Source: a virus. From it: a DNA stretch of 64,000 nt. The DNA is taken from the IMG/VR virus record IMGVR_UViG_3300009184_000033, positions 1 to 64,000 of that record. One strand, 5' to 3'. Position numbers and translations under genes: made by a program. Positions within the stretch are counted from its first letter, which is position 1, and each line of letters opens with the position of its first letter. Under the pieces are notes generated by a model. That model was not told where the DNA came from and ran no database searches. It worked only from the letters and a program-made list of their open reading frames with translations. Below are positions 35,300 to 46,000 of this stretch, piece by piece.

Positions 35300-37662
35300 T
35301 ATCTGTTGCTCCTCAAGAGTGTTCTCTCTGGTACGCTCTGGTCTATTGAGATAGACACAGGTCCGACTGGTTGCTTAAACTGCATGCCTCTCTCCACAAG
35401 AATTACCCTGTACTTCACTTCTCCAAGAAGATTTGCCAGCTTTCGATCTTCAAAAGCGAACGGAGAGCCAGAATCGAACTTGCTGCGCGAGGCTGTTCCA
35501 AGAACTCTCTCAGAACCCGAGTACTCTCCAAGAATCAAGAAGTGGTCGACTTCAGTGACGTCGCCGTTGACTGACCATGTCAGGTAGTTTACACGATTTG
35601 GTGCGTCTTGCTGGACCGCGAGGTCAGATACTTCTGGCCTCTTGATAGAGGGGCTGACCTCTATCGTCTTTTGCTCGCCCATGCCACCGATCTCCACGCC
35701 GTCTTCAAGTGAGTTCTTGACAATCTGTTGCTGGGACGGAAGCGACTCAATTCTCTTGATGCCAGAGCTTCTCCACTTTCTGTACCTGAACTTGTACCCG
35801 TTGCCAGTCTTAACGTCTTCTCTCTGCACCACCGTGAGATAGGAGACAGAAGCGGTGTTGACTGCAAGGAGCTTCACGATGTACTTGTACACGTGAGTTG
35901 GATCTCCATTGAATGACACCGTGATCGGACCAGGGCTATAGAGAGTCGGTATCGTCACCATGGCTCCGGTCTCAAGGTCCACCCTGGTGATCTTGTACCT
36001 GGAAGTGACAGAGAGCTGGGACTTGTTGTTCTCTCGCTCTTCATCGAACTTGTCACTGAGTCCTGACGAAACTATCTCACTCTGGAGAGATCCGGCCACC
36101 GTTGTGGTTCGAGTTTCATCTATCTGGATTACGTGGGTGATCAAGTTGCCGTTTGCCGAGCTGTTTGCGAGAGAGACGCTAAAGTCGATTTCAAGTATCT
36201 CCCTCTTTTTCTCCAGCACGGTTATGGGTATCGTGATCTTCTCGAGCACCTCACAGCCACCAGATATGAACCTGACACGGTAAACGTAGGGAGTGTACTC
36301 GATTATCTGCTGGTCAACGTACGGCGTGTTCGGCGGCACTGAGGTGAGGGTTTCGTATGAGTCTGAGTACTTGTCTTTCCTCTCAATCTTGACGGCGTCA
36401 ACAAAGTCGGGAACATTTTTGGTGTACACCGTCACTGTGTCACCACTCTGCTCTGCAAATGCTTCCAGCTTGATGGACTCATAGCTTATTTTTCTTGCCG
36501 CTGGAATCGAGACGCAATCCATGATCTTTGAACTTCCGTTCTTGACTGGCAGGTCCCTTATCCCAGACAGAGTGTATGACCTAGACTCAGACTTGTTGCC
36601 AAAGTCGACTTTTCCCGTGACTATCGTGGATGACTTCGGGAGTATCTTGCCCGAAGAAACTTTGGTGACCGTGAATGCCTGATTGACTATGGCATGCTGT
36701 TCAAGGTTGTAGAGCATGGGAAAAGGATTCGGGTTCGATATCCTGATCGAGTCTTTGCCAACCGTGAACTGGCCATTAGTGAGAGTCAGGCTCATGTCTT
36801 GAGCCCTGGTGCACAGGTTCTGAAACTCGGTCCTGTTCTGAAAACCAAACGAAGACTTGAGCTTGGGGACCTGGGATCGGTAGAACACGAGATCCAAGAA
36901 GTACTGCCTCTTTGCCGCGAGGCTCAGGAATTGCTGTTCGGTGAGAGAGTTTATGACCACGACTATTTCACAGGGCTTGTACTTCTGCTTTGCGCTCTCC
37001 GATGTTATCTTTGGGCTTGATGGTTGTGCTTCATCTAGAAGTTCAAACAGCTCAAGAGACGGAAGGAAATTGCTTGGAATTCTCCGAGAAAACATCTTGA
37101 CAATCTCGCTCGGATGAAGAGAGTACTCTTCAAAAGACTTCTTTGCGTTTCTAGACGCAGAGACTAAGTCGATATCTCTTGGCTTTGTTTCTGTCTCTAT
37201 CCATGAGTTCTTTGCGACATCCACACTCGGCAAGAACAGCTCATAGTTCTCTTCGTTGATTCTGCCGGAACCGATTCTCGCGACAGTCTGATCATCCAAG
37301 TAGGATGAGACTTTCACCCTTGTGCTGGCCAGCTCTGAGGTCTTTCTTGAGTCAGTAAGAGTCGTCCTGACTCTTGAGATGAAGCTGGTGACAGAGCTGG
37401 ATACTCCCTCTGGCGAAGTGTCTGATGTGAAGTAGCTGAGCTTCGGCTCTGTGTGATCTGTTATCCTGGCCTCTATCTCATCAAACTCCTTGATGAGAGC
37501 CAGATGCAGGTTCAGGTAGACACGCATGACGTACTTGACGTCGTAGAGCAGGCTGGCAGCCCCTTTGGAAGACCTCACGGTGCGCTGTGCCACGGTGACA
37601 TTCACGAAGTCAGGCTCGACAAACACAAAGTCCTTGTCTCTGAGCAGTTCTGGAGTGAGCAT
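35299..37662 (-). CDS. Virion structural protein with C-terminal FN3-like modules, 787 aa
   Basis: VKIERKD...PYVDQQIIEYTPYVYRVRF; NYLTWSV...FAFEDRKL...VKYRVILV. Confidence 0.6.
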   Translation of the reverse strand: MLTPELLRDKDFVFVEPDFVNVTVAQRTVRSSKGAASLLYDVKYVMRVYLNLHLALIKEFDEIEARITDHTEPKLSYFTSDTSPEGVSSSVTSFISRVRTTLTDSRKTSELASTRVKVSSYLDDQTVARIGSGRINEENYELFLPSVDVAKNSWIETETKPRDIDLVSASRNAKKSFEEYSLHPSEIVKMFSRRIPSNFLPSLELFELLDEAQPSSPKITSESAKQKYKPCEIVVVINSLTEQQFLSLAAKRQYFLDLVFYRSQVPKLKSSFGFQNRTEFQNLCTRAQDMSLTLTNGQFTVGKDSIRISNPNPFPMLYNLEQHAIVNQAFTVTKVSSGKILPKSSTIVTGKVDFGNKSESRSYTLSGIRDLPVKNGSSKIMDCVSIPAARKISYESIKLEAFAEQSGDTVTVYTKNVPDFVDAVKIERKDKYSDSYETLTSVPPNTPYVDQQIIEYTPYVYRVRFISGGCEVLEKITIPITVLEKKREILEIDFSVSLANSSANGNLITHVIQIDETRTTTVAGSLQSEIVSSGLSDKFDEERENNKSQLSVTSRYKITRVDLETGAMVTIPTLYSPGPITVSFNGDPTHVYKYIVKLLAVNTASVSYLTVVQREDVKTGNGYKFRYRKWRSSGIKRIESLPSQQQIVKNSLEDGVEIGGMGEQKTIEVSPSIKRPEVSDLAVQQDAPNRVNYLTWSVNGDVTEVDHFLILGEYSGSERVLGTASRSKFDSGSPFAFEDRKLANLLGEVKYRVILVERGMQFKQPVGPVSISIDQSVPERTLLRSNR

Positions 37663-38564
37663 TACTCAAACACCATGGTGAAAATGTTGACAAAGTTCAA
37701 GTTCTGAGCCGTGTCCCTGTATAGCTTTCCAGCGAAGAACACATGCTGGAACTTCCCATCTGAGCCTTCGAACTGGCCACCATCTACGACGGAAAGCTTC
37801 ATCACGCCGTTTGTCCCATGCTCAAACACCTGCGAGACCAAGTTGTTGCTGTCACTTGTGTTGGTGAATCTTATCTCTGAGATCTGCTTGCCAGCAAGGT
37901 ATTGCTGGAGCTCTTCCAAAGTGTCTAGTGGATTCTCGTTGATCTGTGTATAGGTTGCCATCTGCTTTGGGGCGATAGACTCATCGATGGGTCTATCGAG
38001 AGGCGGCATGAACTTATAGTTGTCAAAGTTCCCGAACCTGTAGTCTTGGAACACGCACTCGATATCATCGACGTAAGCTCGAGAAATTCCATTCGACTGT
38101 GAGACGAGGCTATCTGTGATGTAGAACTCCGTGTTGTCCACCCCCACTCGGAATCCGTAGTCCAGCTGGACCCTTAGCGTGTCTCGAGATCCAATGATCA
38201 TCTGCCTTCTGAAGCTGTCTATTGAAGAGCTTGATATGCTCTCGTACACTTGGACGCTTCCAGTTAGACTATGACCTGGAACTCTTCCGTTTGTCGTCTC
38301 AAAGTCATTGGTGCTGAACGGGAGCATGTCTCCATCAAAACTGGTCTCTGGAATGATCGAGTCGTCATTGTTGGACGAGGCTTCAAAGTAGATGCTCAAG
38401 CCCGGGTCCTCCAAGTACCCGTCTGAATCCTTGGAGTACACCACGTTTCGATCAGTGAAGCTTATGAAGTTCGCGCGCAGCATACCAGACGCAATCTGTC
38501 TTCTGCCCTCTCGGGTGATGATCGCGTCTACTACTCTTGACTTGTTGTCGAGGATGCCAGCCAA
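37662..38564 (-). CDS. Baseplate / tail structural protein, 300 aa, TTG start
   Basis: (M)AGILDNKSRVVDAIITREGRRQIA...ISFTD, paralogous N-terminus to 28993-29715. Confidence 0.7.
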   Translation of the reverse strand: MAGILDNKSRVVDAIITREGRRQIASGMLRANFISFTDRNVVYSKDSDGYLEDPGLSIYFEASSNNDDSIIPETSFDGDMLPFSTNDFETTNGRVPGHSLTGSVQVYESISSSSIDSFRRQMIIGSRDTLRVQLDYGFRVGVDNTEFYITDSLVSQSNGISRAYVDDIECVFQDYRFGNFDNYKFMPPLDRPIDESIAPKQMATYTQINENPLDTLEELQQYLAGKQISEIRFTNTSDSNNLVSQVFEHGTNGVMKLSVVDGGQFEGSDGKFQHVFFAGKLYRDTAQNLNFVNIFTMVFE

Positions 38565-38579
38565 TTCATTCCCTCACTC

Positions 38580-38586
38580 TAAGTAT
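38580..38586 (-). promoter_or_regulatory. Putative late promoter ATACTTA
   Basis: 15 nt before the TTG start at 38564. Confidence 0.65.
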
Positions 38587-38602
38587 GAGACACTCAAAGT
38601 TT

Positions 38603-38962
38603 TCAAGTGGCAGACTGTCCCTCAAACTTGCTTGCGATCTGCTCGAAATCCTTAGAGTCCTCAGACTCCAGGGACTCGAGGACCTCGTCATAGGCCAGAA
38701 CCTTTCCACGCTCTATGTCGCCAGCCGATCGGAGCTTCACTGGTATCTGGACAATCTGGTCCCGGATGACCTCAAACGACTTCAGTAGTATGGTGCAAGC
38801 CGCCTCATAGTCGGGCGCTCCATTCACTGTCTGCAGGCGTTCTTGCATCGTGAGGATGACTGACTCGAGGTGAGGCAGGGTGTGCTTCTCTGCGACCTCA
38901 AACTCTCCAGCCAACTTGCTGGAGGCTTCTCTCTTTGTCTCTAGAACAGATTGGGGTATCAT
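38603..38962 (-). CDS. Hypothetical helical protein, 119 aa
   Basis: AGGAG RBS; coding strand. Confidence 0.75.
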   Translation of the reverse strand: MIPQSVLETKREASSKLAGEFEVAEKHTLPHLESVILTMQERLQTVNGAPDYEAACTILLKSFEVIRDQIVQIPVKLRSAGDIERGKVLAYDEVLESLESEDSKDFEQIASKFEGQSAT

Positions 38963-39008
38963 GCTTTCTCCTGTGCAATCTTACACACGGGAGATCAGAT
39001 GATAGGCG

Positions 39009-42000
39009 CTAGATCGTGCCAGATGGATATGTCCTGTTCCTCACGACTTCATCATCAAAGTATGGGAGCGAAGACGTGGCATAGATGCTCAAGTTGCAGG
39101 ACTGGGTGGACATTGGATCTTTGCTGGAGCCAAGAAGGGTCGGATTCTCGTGCACTGGAGTCCTGAACTTGATCTCGATAGGGAACTTGGTTGGAGATTC
39201 AGTCTTTGGCCTGGTCGCCTTTTTGATCCTAGCAGATTTGCTGTTGGTGGCTGGAAAGATCTGAGACTTTTCTTGTATACTCTCCAGAGTTATCGCGGCG
39301 TACTGTCTCTGCTCAAGCATGTCTCTGAGATGTCCATAGTGGGTTGCTCTAAAGACAGCGCTGGTTGGCATCGGATTTGCGTTGATCAACCCGTACTTAA
39401 ATCCGACTGGCTTCTGGAGTGTGACGAGGGGAAGGGTCACATTTGCAAGAGTTGCCATAAATCTTGTTCTTTCTGCCGGAAGATGGATGCCATAGGGACC
39501 ATCTCCGATTCCAAACAGGATCCTGTTAGAAACTTCTGCGGGTAGTTGCTTAAGACCACCGACAATCGATGCATAAGCCGTAGAAGAAGTGTCTAGCGAA
39601 GTTCTTCTGATACCACTCAAGACATTTGAATTGCGCTGAGGATAAGAGAAATAGCTCAAGACGTCAGTGTACCCGCTTGAAGTCAAGAAACCGATATCTT
39701 GATTTACTAATCCCCTGTCTAGCTCATAGACAATAGAGTATGTCAGTTTTCTCTGCCTGCGCTGGAGGCCTGCAAACTCGCTTGAGAAGGGGTACTTGTG
39801 GAGCCAGCTGTCATTGATGTACTTTGTTCCTCCGGTCGCATTTCCAAAGAAAATCTCATATGTGCTACCTCCACCGCTGCCGTTTGTGCTAAATGGCGTG
39901 ATCTTGAGCAGATACAAGCCATCTTTTAGGCTCTGGCTGGTGCCAGATCCAACCAAGATCGGAGTGTAGCCAGTGGCTCTCCACATTTCCACGGGATCTG
40001 GAACAAAGCTGTCATAATAACGCTCTGCGGCATCAACGATCCTGATGTTTCTCTGCAAGCTAGCCATATCCCCTGCAGTTCCATCGATCACACTTCCAAA
40101 GACTTTTCTGATAGTGTTATCACCCTCAATCAGCTCAGAAGAACCAGATCTTGGCCAGCCAGTCCTTGGAACTGTCATGGATCCAGTGATCCAGCTAGAG
40201 CGGACCGATCCCGTGTACTCATTGATGCTAGCCACCTCGTGCTGATCTAGGACAGGGTTCAGATAGTGCAGAGACTCATGCACGGCTGGAGTATTAAGAG
40301 TCTGAGGGAGAGATGTGTGGTACTTTTCTCCGTCCTTGACATACCTTCCTTTTATGACCAGGCTCGTTATCTGCGGAGGCAAGCTCAGGTAAGATCCCGT
40401 TGAGAAAGAGTACTGCGGATATACTTCTGGGTCAGTGGTATAGAAGTCTGGCGCCGTATTGTTGACGTTGATTCCAAAGATCAGGTTATCTGTTGGCAGG
40501 AGCAAGTAAGACGTTTTGACAACTTCGGCGCTCTGGTTGTAGATTTGGAAGTCTCCAGGAGTCTTGACACTGAGCACTCCTGGCTTTCTACCGCTGAATG
40601 GAAATTTGGTTCTTGCGGATGGCCTGGCAGCCAGAGTGACAGTATCAAATGGGTTTCTTGCAGTGGTTGCAGTTACTTCCTGCGTCACCAGTGGTATCGA
40701 TTTTCCTGTCGGATCCACTCCCTCGCAGGAATAGTCATATGTGACTCCCGGAGTGGCTAACAAAACTGGCTGTGGGAGATTAGAAGATCCACCTCCCCAC
40801 CAACCACCTCTATCGAGATATCCAACTGATACCTGGTGGATATTTGCAGGTGCAATCTTTGGAGTCAGGTCTAAGGTACAGTCAAAACCTATCGAGCTAG
40901 TCCCTATTGCGGTCTGTCCATCTTGTCCCCACTCGTGCGAGAAAGCAAAATTGTCTTTGTTTATGAAGTAATCTAGACTTGCAGTGTAGCGTATCTTGAG
41001 ATTTCTTGTTCCTACTGAGTCTGCAAAGCTACCACTGAAGTAGTTGTTCTTGTTCCAGGCAAGCAGGGTGCTGTATGAGACCAGCTCCCTATAACTTGAT
41101 GAGACGTTCTTTGCGGTGGCGACATTGGCGTTGGGTCCGTCTTGGCGTATCAGGAAGAAAGTGTAAGCGTCGAATGGATAACCACCGGTGAACTGGCCAT
41201 CGAAAATCTTGTTCAGGCTTCCTGTAACTCGAATCTCTATGCTCTCCACCTCGAACGCAGCATTGATGTAGTCGCTCATCTTTATGAGGTTGCTAGAAGT
41301 AGCATAGAACCTAAAATTTGATGGACCACCGAAGACGTTAGAGGGCTGTCCCACTGAGGCGAACGAGCTTGTGAAGTAGGAATTGATCACATCATCTCCC
41401 CCAGTTCCAAGCTGTGACAGAAGAGACACTGCGTCCATCGACATCTCATGGAACATCGTGGCGCGAGTGGTGATTGGACTAGTCAGCCTCTGGTAGCCGT
41501 TCGGAGCCGTGTATGTGGCGTTGGTGTGATTTGCCGGCCTGTAGTAGCGAAATCCCGTGACCGGATCTCTTGGACCCACGATGTCAAACTCATAACCATT
41601 CTTGCTGTTGTAGTAGAAGACGCCATTTGAGGTCTCTCTTTTGTACCCTGGAACGCCAGTTGTCAGGGCTCTAGAGAACCGGTTTACACTACCTGAGAAT
41701 CTCATATCAATCTTGATGACGTCTTTCTCTCCAACACTGTCGATATTCTGCTCCGTGAATGGCGCCAGATTTGGAGATGGCCTGTTGGAGTCTTGGTACG
41801 GATCGAACTCCGCATACACAGAGCTACCAAAACCACCGTAGACCGTGATTGTAGAGCCTGAGTTTGGGGTCGTAACTGCGCTTTTTCGAAGCCCATATGG
41901 GCTCTCGGTGGGTATAGCCGATGGATAAGAGACAGTAAGTGGCCTGCTTCCAGTCTGGAAGACCCTGACGTTCGTGTCGTCGAAACACCACGTACGGGAA

Positions 42001-42134
42001 CCAAGGCGATTCTGGTCTCCTGGCAGCTGGATTACGGGGTACTCTGATCTGCTATCCCTGTCAGCCAAGATGTTCCTGGGGCTGGCAGAGATCACACCAC
42101 TTCCAGAGAAGTTAGTTCTTGAGTCTATCTTCAC
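39009..42134 (-). CDS. Large virion structural protein (baseplate region), 1041 aa
   Basis: Ser/Thr/Gly-rich beta-type sequence; 4-nt overlap with the upstream gene. Confidence 0.75.
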   Translation of the reverse strand: MKIDSRTNFSGSGVISASPRNILADRDSRSEYPVIQLPGDQNRLGSRTWCFDDTNVRVFQTGSRPLTVSYPSAIPTESPYGLRKSAVTTPNSGSTITVYGGFGSSVYAEFDPYQDSNRPSPNLAPFTEQNIDSVGEKDVIKIDMRFSGSVNRFSRALTTGVPGYKRETSNGVFYYNSKNGYEFDIVGPRDPVTGFRYYRPANHTNATYTAPNGYQRLTSPITTRATMFHEMSMDAVSLLSQLGTGGDDVINSYFTSSFASVGQPSNVFGGPSNFRFYATSSNLIKMSDYINAAFEVESIEIRVTGSLNKIFDGQFTGGYPFDAYTFFLIRQDGPNANVATAKNVSSSYRELVSYSTLLAWNKNNYFSGSFADSVGTRNLKIRYTASLDYFINKDNFAFSHEWGQDGQTAIGTSSIGFDCTLDLTPKIAPANIHQVSVGYLDRGGWWGGGSSNLPQPVLLATPGVTYDYSCEGVDPTGKSIPLVTQEVTATTARNPFDTVTLAARPSARTKFPFSGRKPGVLSVKTPGDFQIYNQSAEVVKTSYLLLPTDNLIFGINVNNTAPDFYTTDPEVYPQYSFSTGSYLSLPPQITSLVIKGRYVKDGEKYHTSLPQTLNTPAVHESLHYLNPVLDQHEVASINEYTGSVRSSWITGSMTVPRTGWPRSGSSELIEGDNTIRKVFGSVIDGTAGDMASLQRNIRIVDAAERYYDSFVPDPVEMWRATGYTPILVGSGTSQSLKDGLYLLKITPFSTNGSGGGSTYEIFFGNATGGTKYINDSWLHKYPFSSEFAGLQRRQRKLTYSIVYELDRGLVNQDIGFLTSSGYTDVLSYFSYPQRNSNVLSGIRRTSLDTSSTAYASIVGGLKQLPAEVSNRILFGIGDGPYGIHLPAERTRFMATLANVTLPLVTLQKPVGFKYGLINANPMPTSAVFRATHYGHLRDMLEQRQYAAITLESIQEKSQIFPATNSKSARIKKATRPKTESPTKFPIEIKFRTPVHENPTLLGSSKDPMSTQSCNLSIYATSSLPYFDDEVVRNRTYPSGTI

Positions 42135-43042
42135 TTGAGCAGCCCTCCGAACGTGATGGAGTCAGTGCCGACCAGGCAATTGTCATAGACAAAACCGCAG
42201 CCAGTGGTCCGTGCCGTGAAGCTTGTCTGGGTGACATTGCTTCCTGACAGGCTAAGTGAAGTGATCTTGCTCTTCATCACAGAATCCTCAAGTGTGGCGA
42301 CCCTGGCTTCAGCATCATCAGAGTCTGTGAATGCGGGATTGCCAAAGTGTTCATCAGTAGTATACACAGGCTTTCCGTACAGTAACACCTCGTCGTCTGT
42401 GCCCATGCACTCTTTGAACGCCTCGAGGCTGGCGTCATTGCCTGGCTCATAGAAGCTCGACATCACATACGCCCTGCCGAGAGCCGACATTCCATAGGGT
42501 CCCGAGATCCCGCCGCGGGTCGCATGGGGCTCTGGATCCTGCTCATTTCCGAGGAACAGGGAACTCCTGATCGCGACGCTCCTGATGGTCAGCGGCTCGA
42601 TCACGCCATTCATGTCAAGGGGATCTATCGCGTTCGGATGGTCAAGGACTATCGGGTACTCGTAGGTTGGCCTCTTCTCAGTGATGTACTGCTTTGCGGA
42701 CAGGACACCCATCTCGAGGTATGGAGAGGTCGCCCTAAAATTGCGAGTGATTCCGTAAGTCGTGTCCTCGAGCTCGTAGTTCGGAGCCTTGATCACCTTG
42801 CTGGTGTCATCGCTTATCGTGCCGAGCTTCTCGATGGGGAATCGCAGGGAGTCATCAAAGAATCCCTTGGATGTGTCGTACTTGAGCACTCCATCTGAGC
42901 TCGAGACATATGTCACGTCCCTGTCAGAGCGCCCAATCAGCGGCAACAGGGACGAGCCGAAGGTGCGATAGTCCTTGACGTCAGTCCCCTGAAGGGTTGC
43001 TGATATGGATCCCGTGAATGATGGAGTCACCGTGGTTGACAT
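42131..43042 (-). CDS. Hypothetical baseplate-region protein, 303 aa
   Basis: TGATG-coupled to the upstream gene. Confidence 0.75.
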   Translation of the reverse strand: MSTTVTPSFTGSISATLQGTDVKDYRTFGSSLLPLIGRSDRDVTYVSSSDGVLKYDTSKGFFDDSLRFPIEKLGTISDDTSKVIKAPNYELEDTTYGITRNFRATSPYLEMGVLSAKQYITEKRPTYEYPIVLDHPNAIDPLDMNGVIEPLTIRSVAIRSSLFLGNEQDPEPHATRGGISGPYGMSALGRAYVMSSFYEPGNDASLEAFKECMGTDDEVLLYGKPVYTTDEHFGNPAFTDSDDAEARVATLEDSVMKSKITSLSLSGSNVTQTSFTARTTGCGFVYDNCLVGTDSITFGGLLK

Positions 43043-46000
43043 CAGAACCTCTTGAGCGATCCTACGATCTGCTGTAGAAAGATGTTGGATCCAATCCCAC
43101 GCCGGTCATTCTCGCCCATGTAAATATCCTCCTGGGCGTAACGCAGCTTTGTGCGCTCCATCATGTGGGACTCGATAACGTAGTTGATCCCGAGGAACCT
43201 GGTGTTTCTCGGAAGGAGCGCCTCGATCATTCCAGCCAGTGAATCATCGAACCACTTGTAGAACTCCAGCAGGTTCTTGTAGTTGACCCTCCCAGTCAGG
43301 CGTTTGAAGTACACCTCCCTGAGTCTCTGGAGCTCAGGATATCCCAGCGAGAACTGTAGCTCAGGGGCACCAATCGCATTGTCGAAGTAGTCCAGCGCAG
43401 AGATGATGTTGATCATGTCCTCGTTCAGGGCCCGCACCGATGAGATCTCGATTGAGAACCTGTTGTCATCAGTGACCGGCTCGTAGATCGGAATCGAGCG
43501 GACTGGAGCCTTGAGGGCATTGAACTCATCTATGTTGACCTGCTCATCGAATCCACGCACTCGGATCTTGTTGTCAGCAGTCCTCTCGTCGAACTGTGGG
43601 TTCAGGATTGTGAAGTTGAACTGCGCAGGTACCACGACATTGGTGTTTCCACCCAGGCCTGATGCCGAGAGGTGCAGAGAGTTCTGAGAGAAGTCGAAGA
43701 TGTCAAGCTTTCCAAGGGAATCAGAGCCCGTGGTGAGCTGGTCAGTGCTGGCGTCTATCCTCAGGCGTTCAAATGATCCAGAGTCCTTTGTCCGGAAGTT
43801 GTAATTCAGCAGCGGGTCATCCGAACCGAGCGACTTGAAGTTCCTGGCGTGCTCCATCGACTCGGCGGTGGTGAGATCCCTTGACCAGAATCTTATGTGA
43901 CCGACCTTACCCGTGAATTTTGATGTCCTCGTAAGGCTTGAGGTCGCTACCGTGGTGTCATTCAAGAAGCCGCCAGATCCCGCAGAGGTGACTGTGGCAT
44001 TTCCGATCTCAAAGAACGAACCGCTCGAGTTCCGTGTCGAGCTCTTGTTGGAGAACACGTTCGATGTCGGAGAGTCGAAGAACAGCTGGCTCTCCTCCTT
44101 GAATACCGTGAGGTCGCCAAATTCCTGCTTGCCAACTCTCAGGAAGTAAGATGACGTCGGAAATGTCTCCGTCGCATCTCCGATGTTCCTGCCGAAGGAG
44201 ACGTACCACTTGTCATTGTCAAACAGATTGACATCATAGACCTTGATCTCTGTGAACTGGCCCGTGCTTGTTGGGGCGAGATAGAGCGACAGGGATGGGA
44301 GGTCATCTCTGGTCGAGCCCGTTCCAAATGCGACCAAGTTTGCGACCAGCGCCCTTGTGCTGGCAGGTGCAGAAGATCCCGTGGTGTAGATTCTGGCGAG
44401 GCTCATGGTCGCGGGTTGGACCGTCGATAGACCACTGAAGTGGTAGTGGGCCTCGTAGGTCCAGCTGGCGGAGGTGAATAATCCGTCCGAGCTGTTCCCT
44501 GCGACAAATGGATATCCAGGCTCTGTCCTCGAGCCGGACAGGAACGGTGAGATGACCACCGCAGCGCTCGAAGTGAGCGCCAGCATGGTGGAGACCTCTG
44601 AGACCTTTGAGCGCTGCGAGTCGGTGGTGAGCAGTCGACTGCCACCAAATTCCCTGAAGCTGAAGCTGTTGTCGGGATTTATGCCTGCCGCCCTCATGAT
44701 TGCCTTGATAGAGTGCACAGTTCCCTTCGAGCGGATGATTTCGCTCATGTTTGTAAGAATACGCCTCCAGATCGTAGATTGAATCTGAGTCAACGACAGG
44801 GTGGCTGACGAGGCATTGGTCGTGAGGTCTCGACCCTCAAGGAACTGTGAAATGCTGGCGGCTGAGAATGAGTTCGGAAGCTGGAATCCGTAGTACTTTG
44901 CGACGTACGGCAGCATCAGGTCCGAGATTCCGTCCTGTGAGTTGTAGTCCACGTGAACCAGCTTTCCGAACTGGTCAATGAACAGCTTGACCTCATCGAA
45001 GAACTTAGCCCACATGTAGAGGATGGACGCGATAATCTGCGGAGATGAGATCTTGCCACCGCCTGGGAAGTCAATGCTATAGCCGTAGTTTCCCTCGAGG
45101 ATGGTGCCGTCATCAGGAAGACCCTGAGCCGCGGCTGACTCTTCAAGATAGTGGGCTGGAACCAGCTTCGTGATCAAGTTCGGGTTGTTGCTGTCGTAAG
45201 ATGACGCAGAGGTGAGCAGCGTGGAGTTTAGCGTGACGAGGTCTGGATAGCTTGGAAATAGTACAGGACTGTAGAATGGATCTTCGGTCGCAACTGGAAC
45301 TGGAAGAGAAGACGTGGTCCTGAGGGAGGTCCTGTAGTTGCTGATCTGAGTGTGGAGAGAGTTGCCTGAGAAGTCGAGGACGACGCGGTTGTTGTCATAA
45401 GTTCCAGGACCCTCGTTGAACCTCATGTAGAGGCGGAGGTCTGCCGATGGCTCCACTGTTCCAGAAGCGCTGGTCACTATAGCGGTCTTGGACCTGTTCC
45501 CGTGATAGAACTTGAACTCGTCTATCGAGCCGCTCAGGGTCTGCTTTGGCGTGAAAGCTGGAACTCCCAGAGATGTCAGGGACTGTGTGCTTCCTGACCC
45601 GATAATCAGAGGCGCGCTTGAGAAGTCGAACTTTGAGAACTCCACGGCTGACTGAGAGTACCCCAAGAGCTCACCGTCAACATACAGCTTCAGCGCTGGA
45701 GTTGTGGCGTATTTTCTCTCCATCACCGCAGCAACGTGGCTGAATCTGCCTCTTGCTATACCACAGCTCGCTGACATTGCCAGCGTACCGCTGGTCACCA
45801 GGAAGACGAGACTTGTTCCGACCCCTGATGAGCTCGAGAGCGCCAGCGTAAACCCGTGATTGTTGGTCCCGAGCTTCTGGAGGATCACCTGGTTGTCATT
45901 GCTGGCCACGTTTGCCGGAGCAAGATACATCTCAGCTGAGAATGACTTCTCAAGTGGGTCGATAACTCTCTGGCCAGACCTGTTCTTCGAGAGGGTCGGG

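Noticed and set aside
38963-39008. Host sigma70-type promoters upstream of the 119-aa gene (TAAGAT) and of the nuclease at 56885-56920 (TATGAT)
   Set aside because: No properly spaced -35 element or correctly placed extended -10 TG
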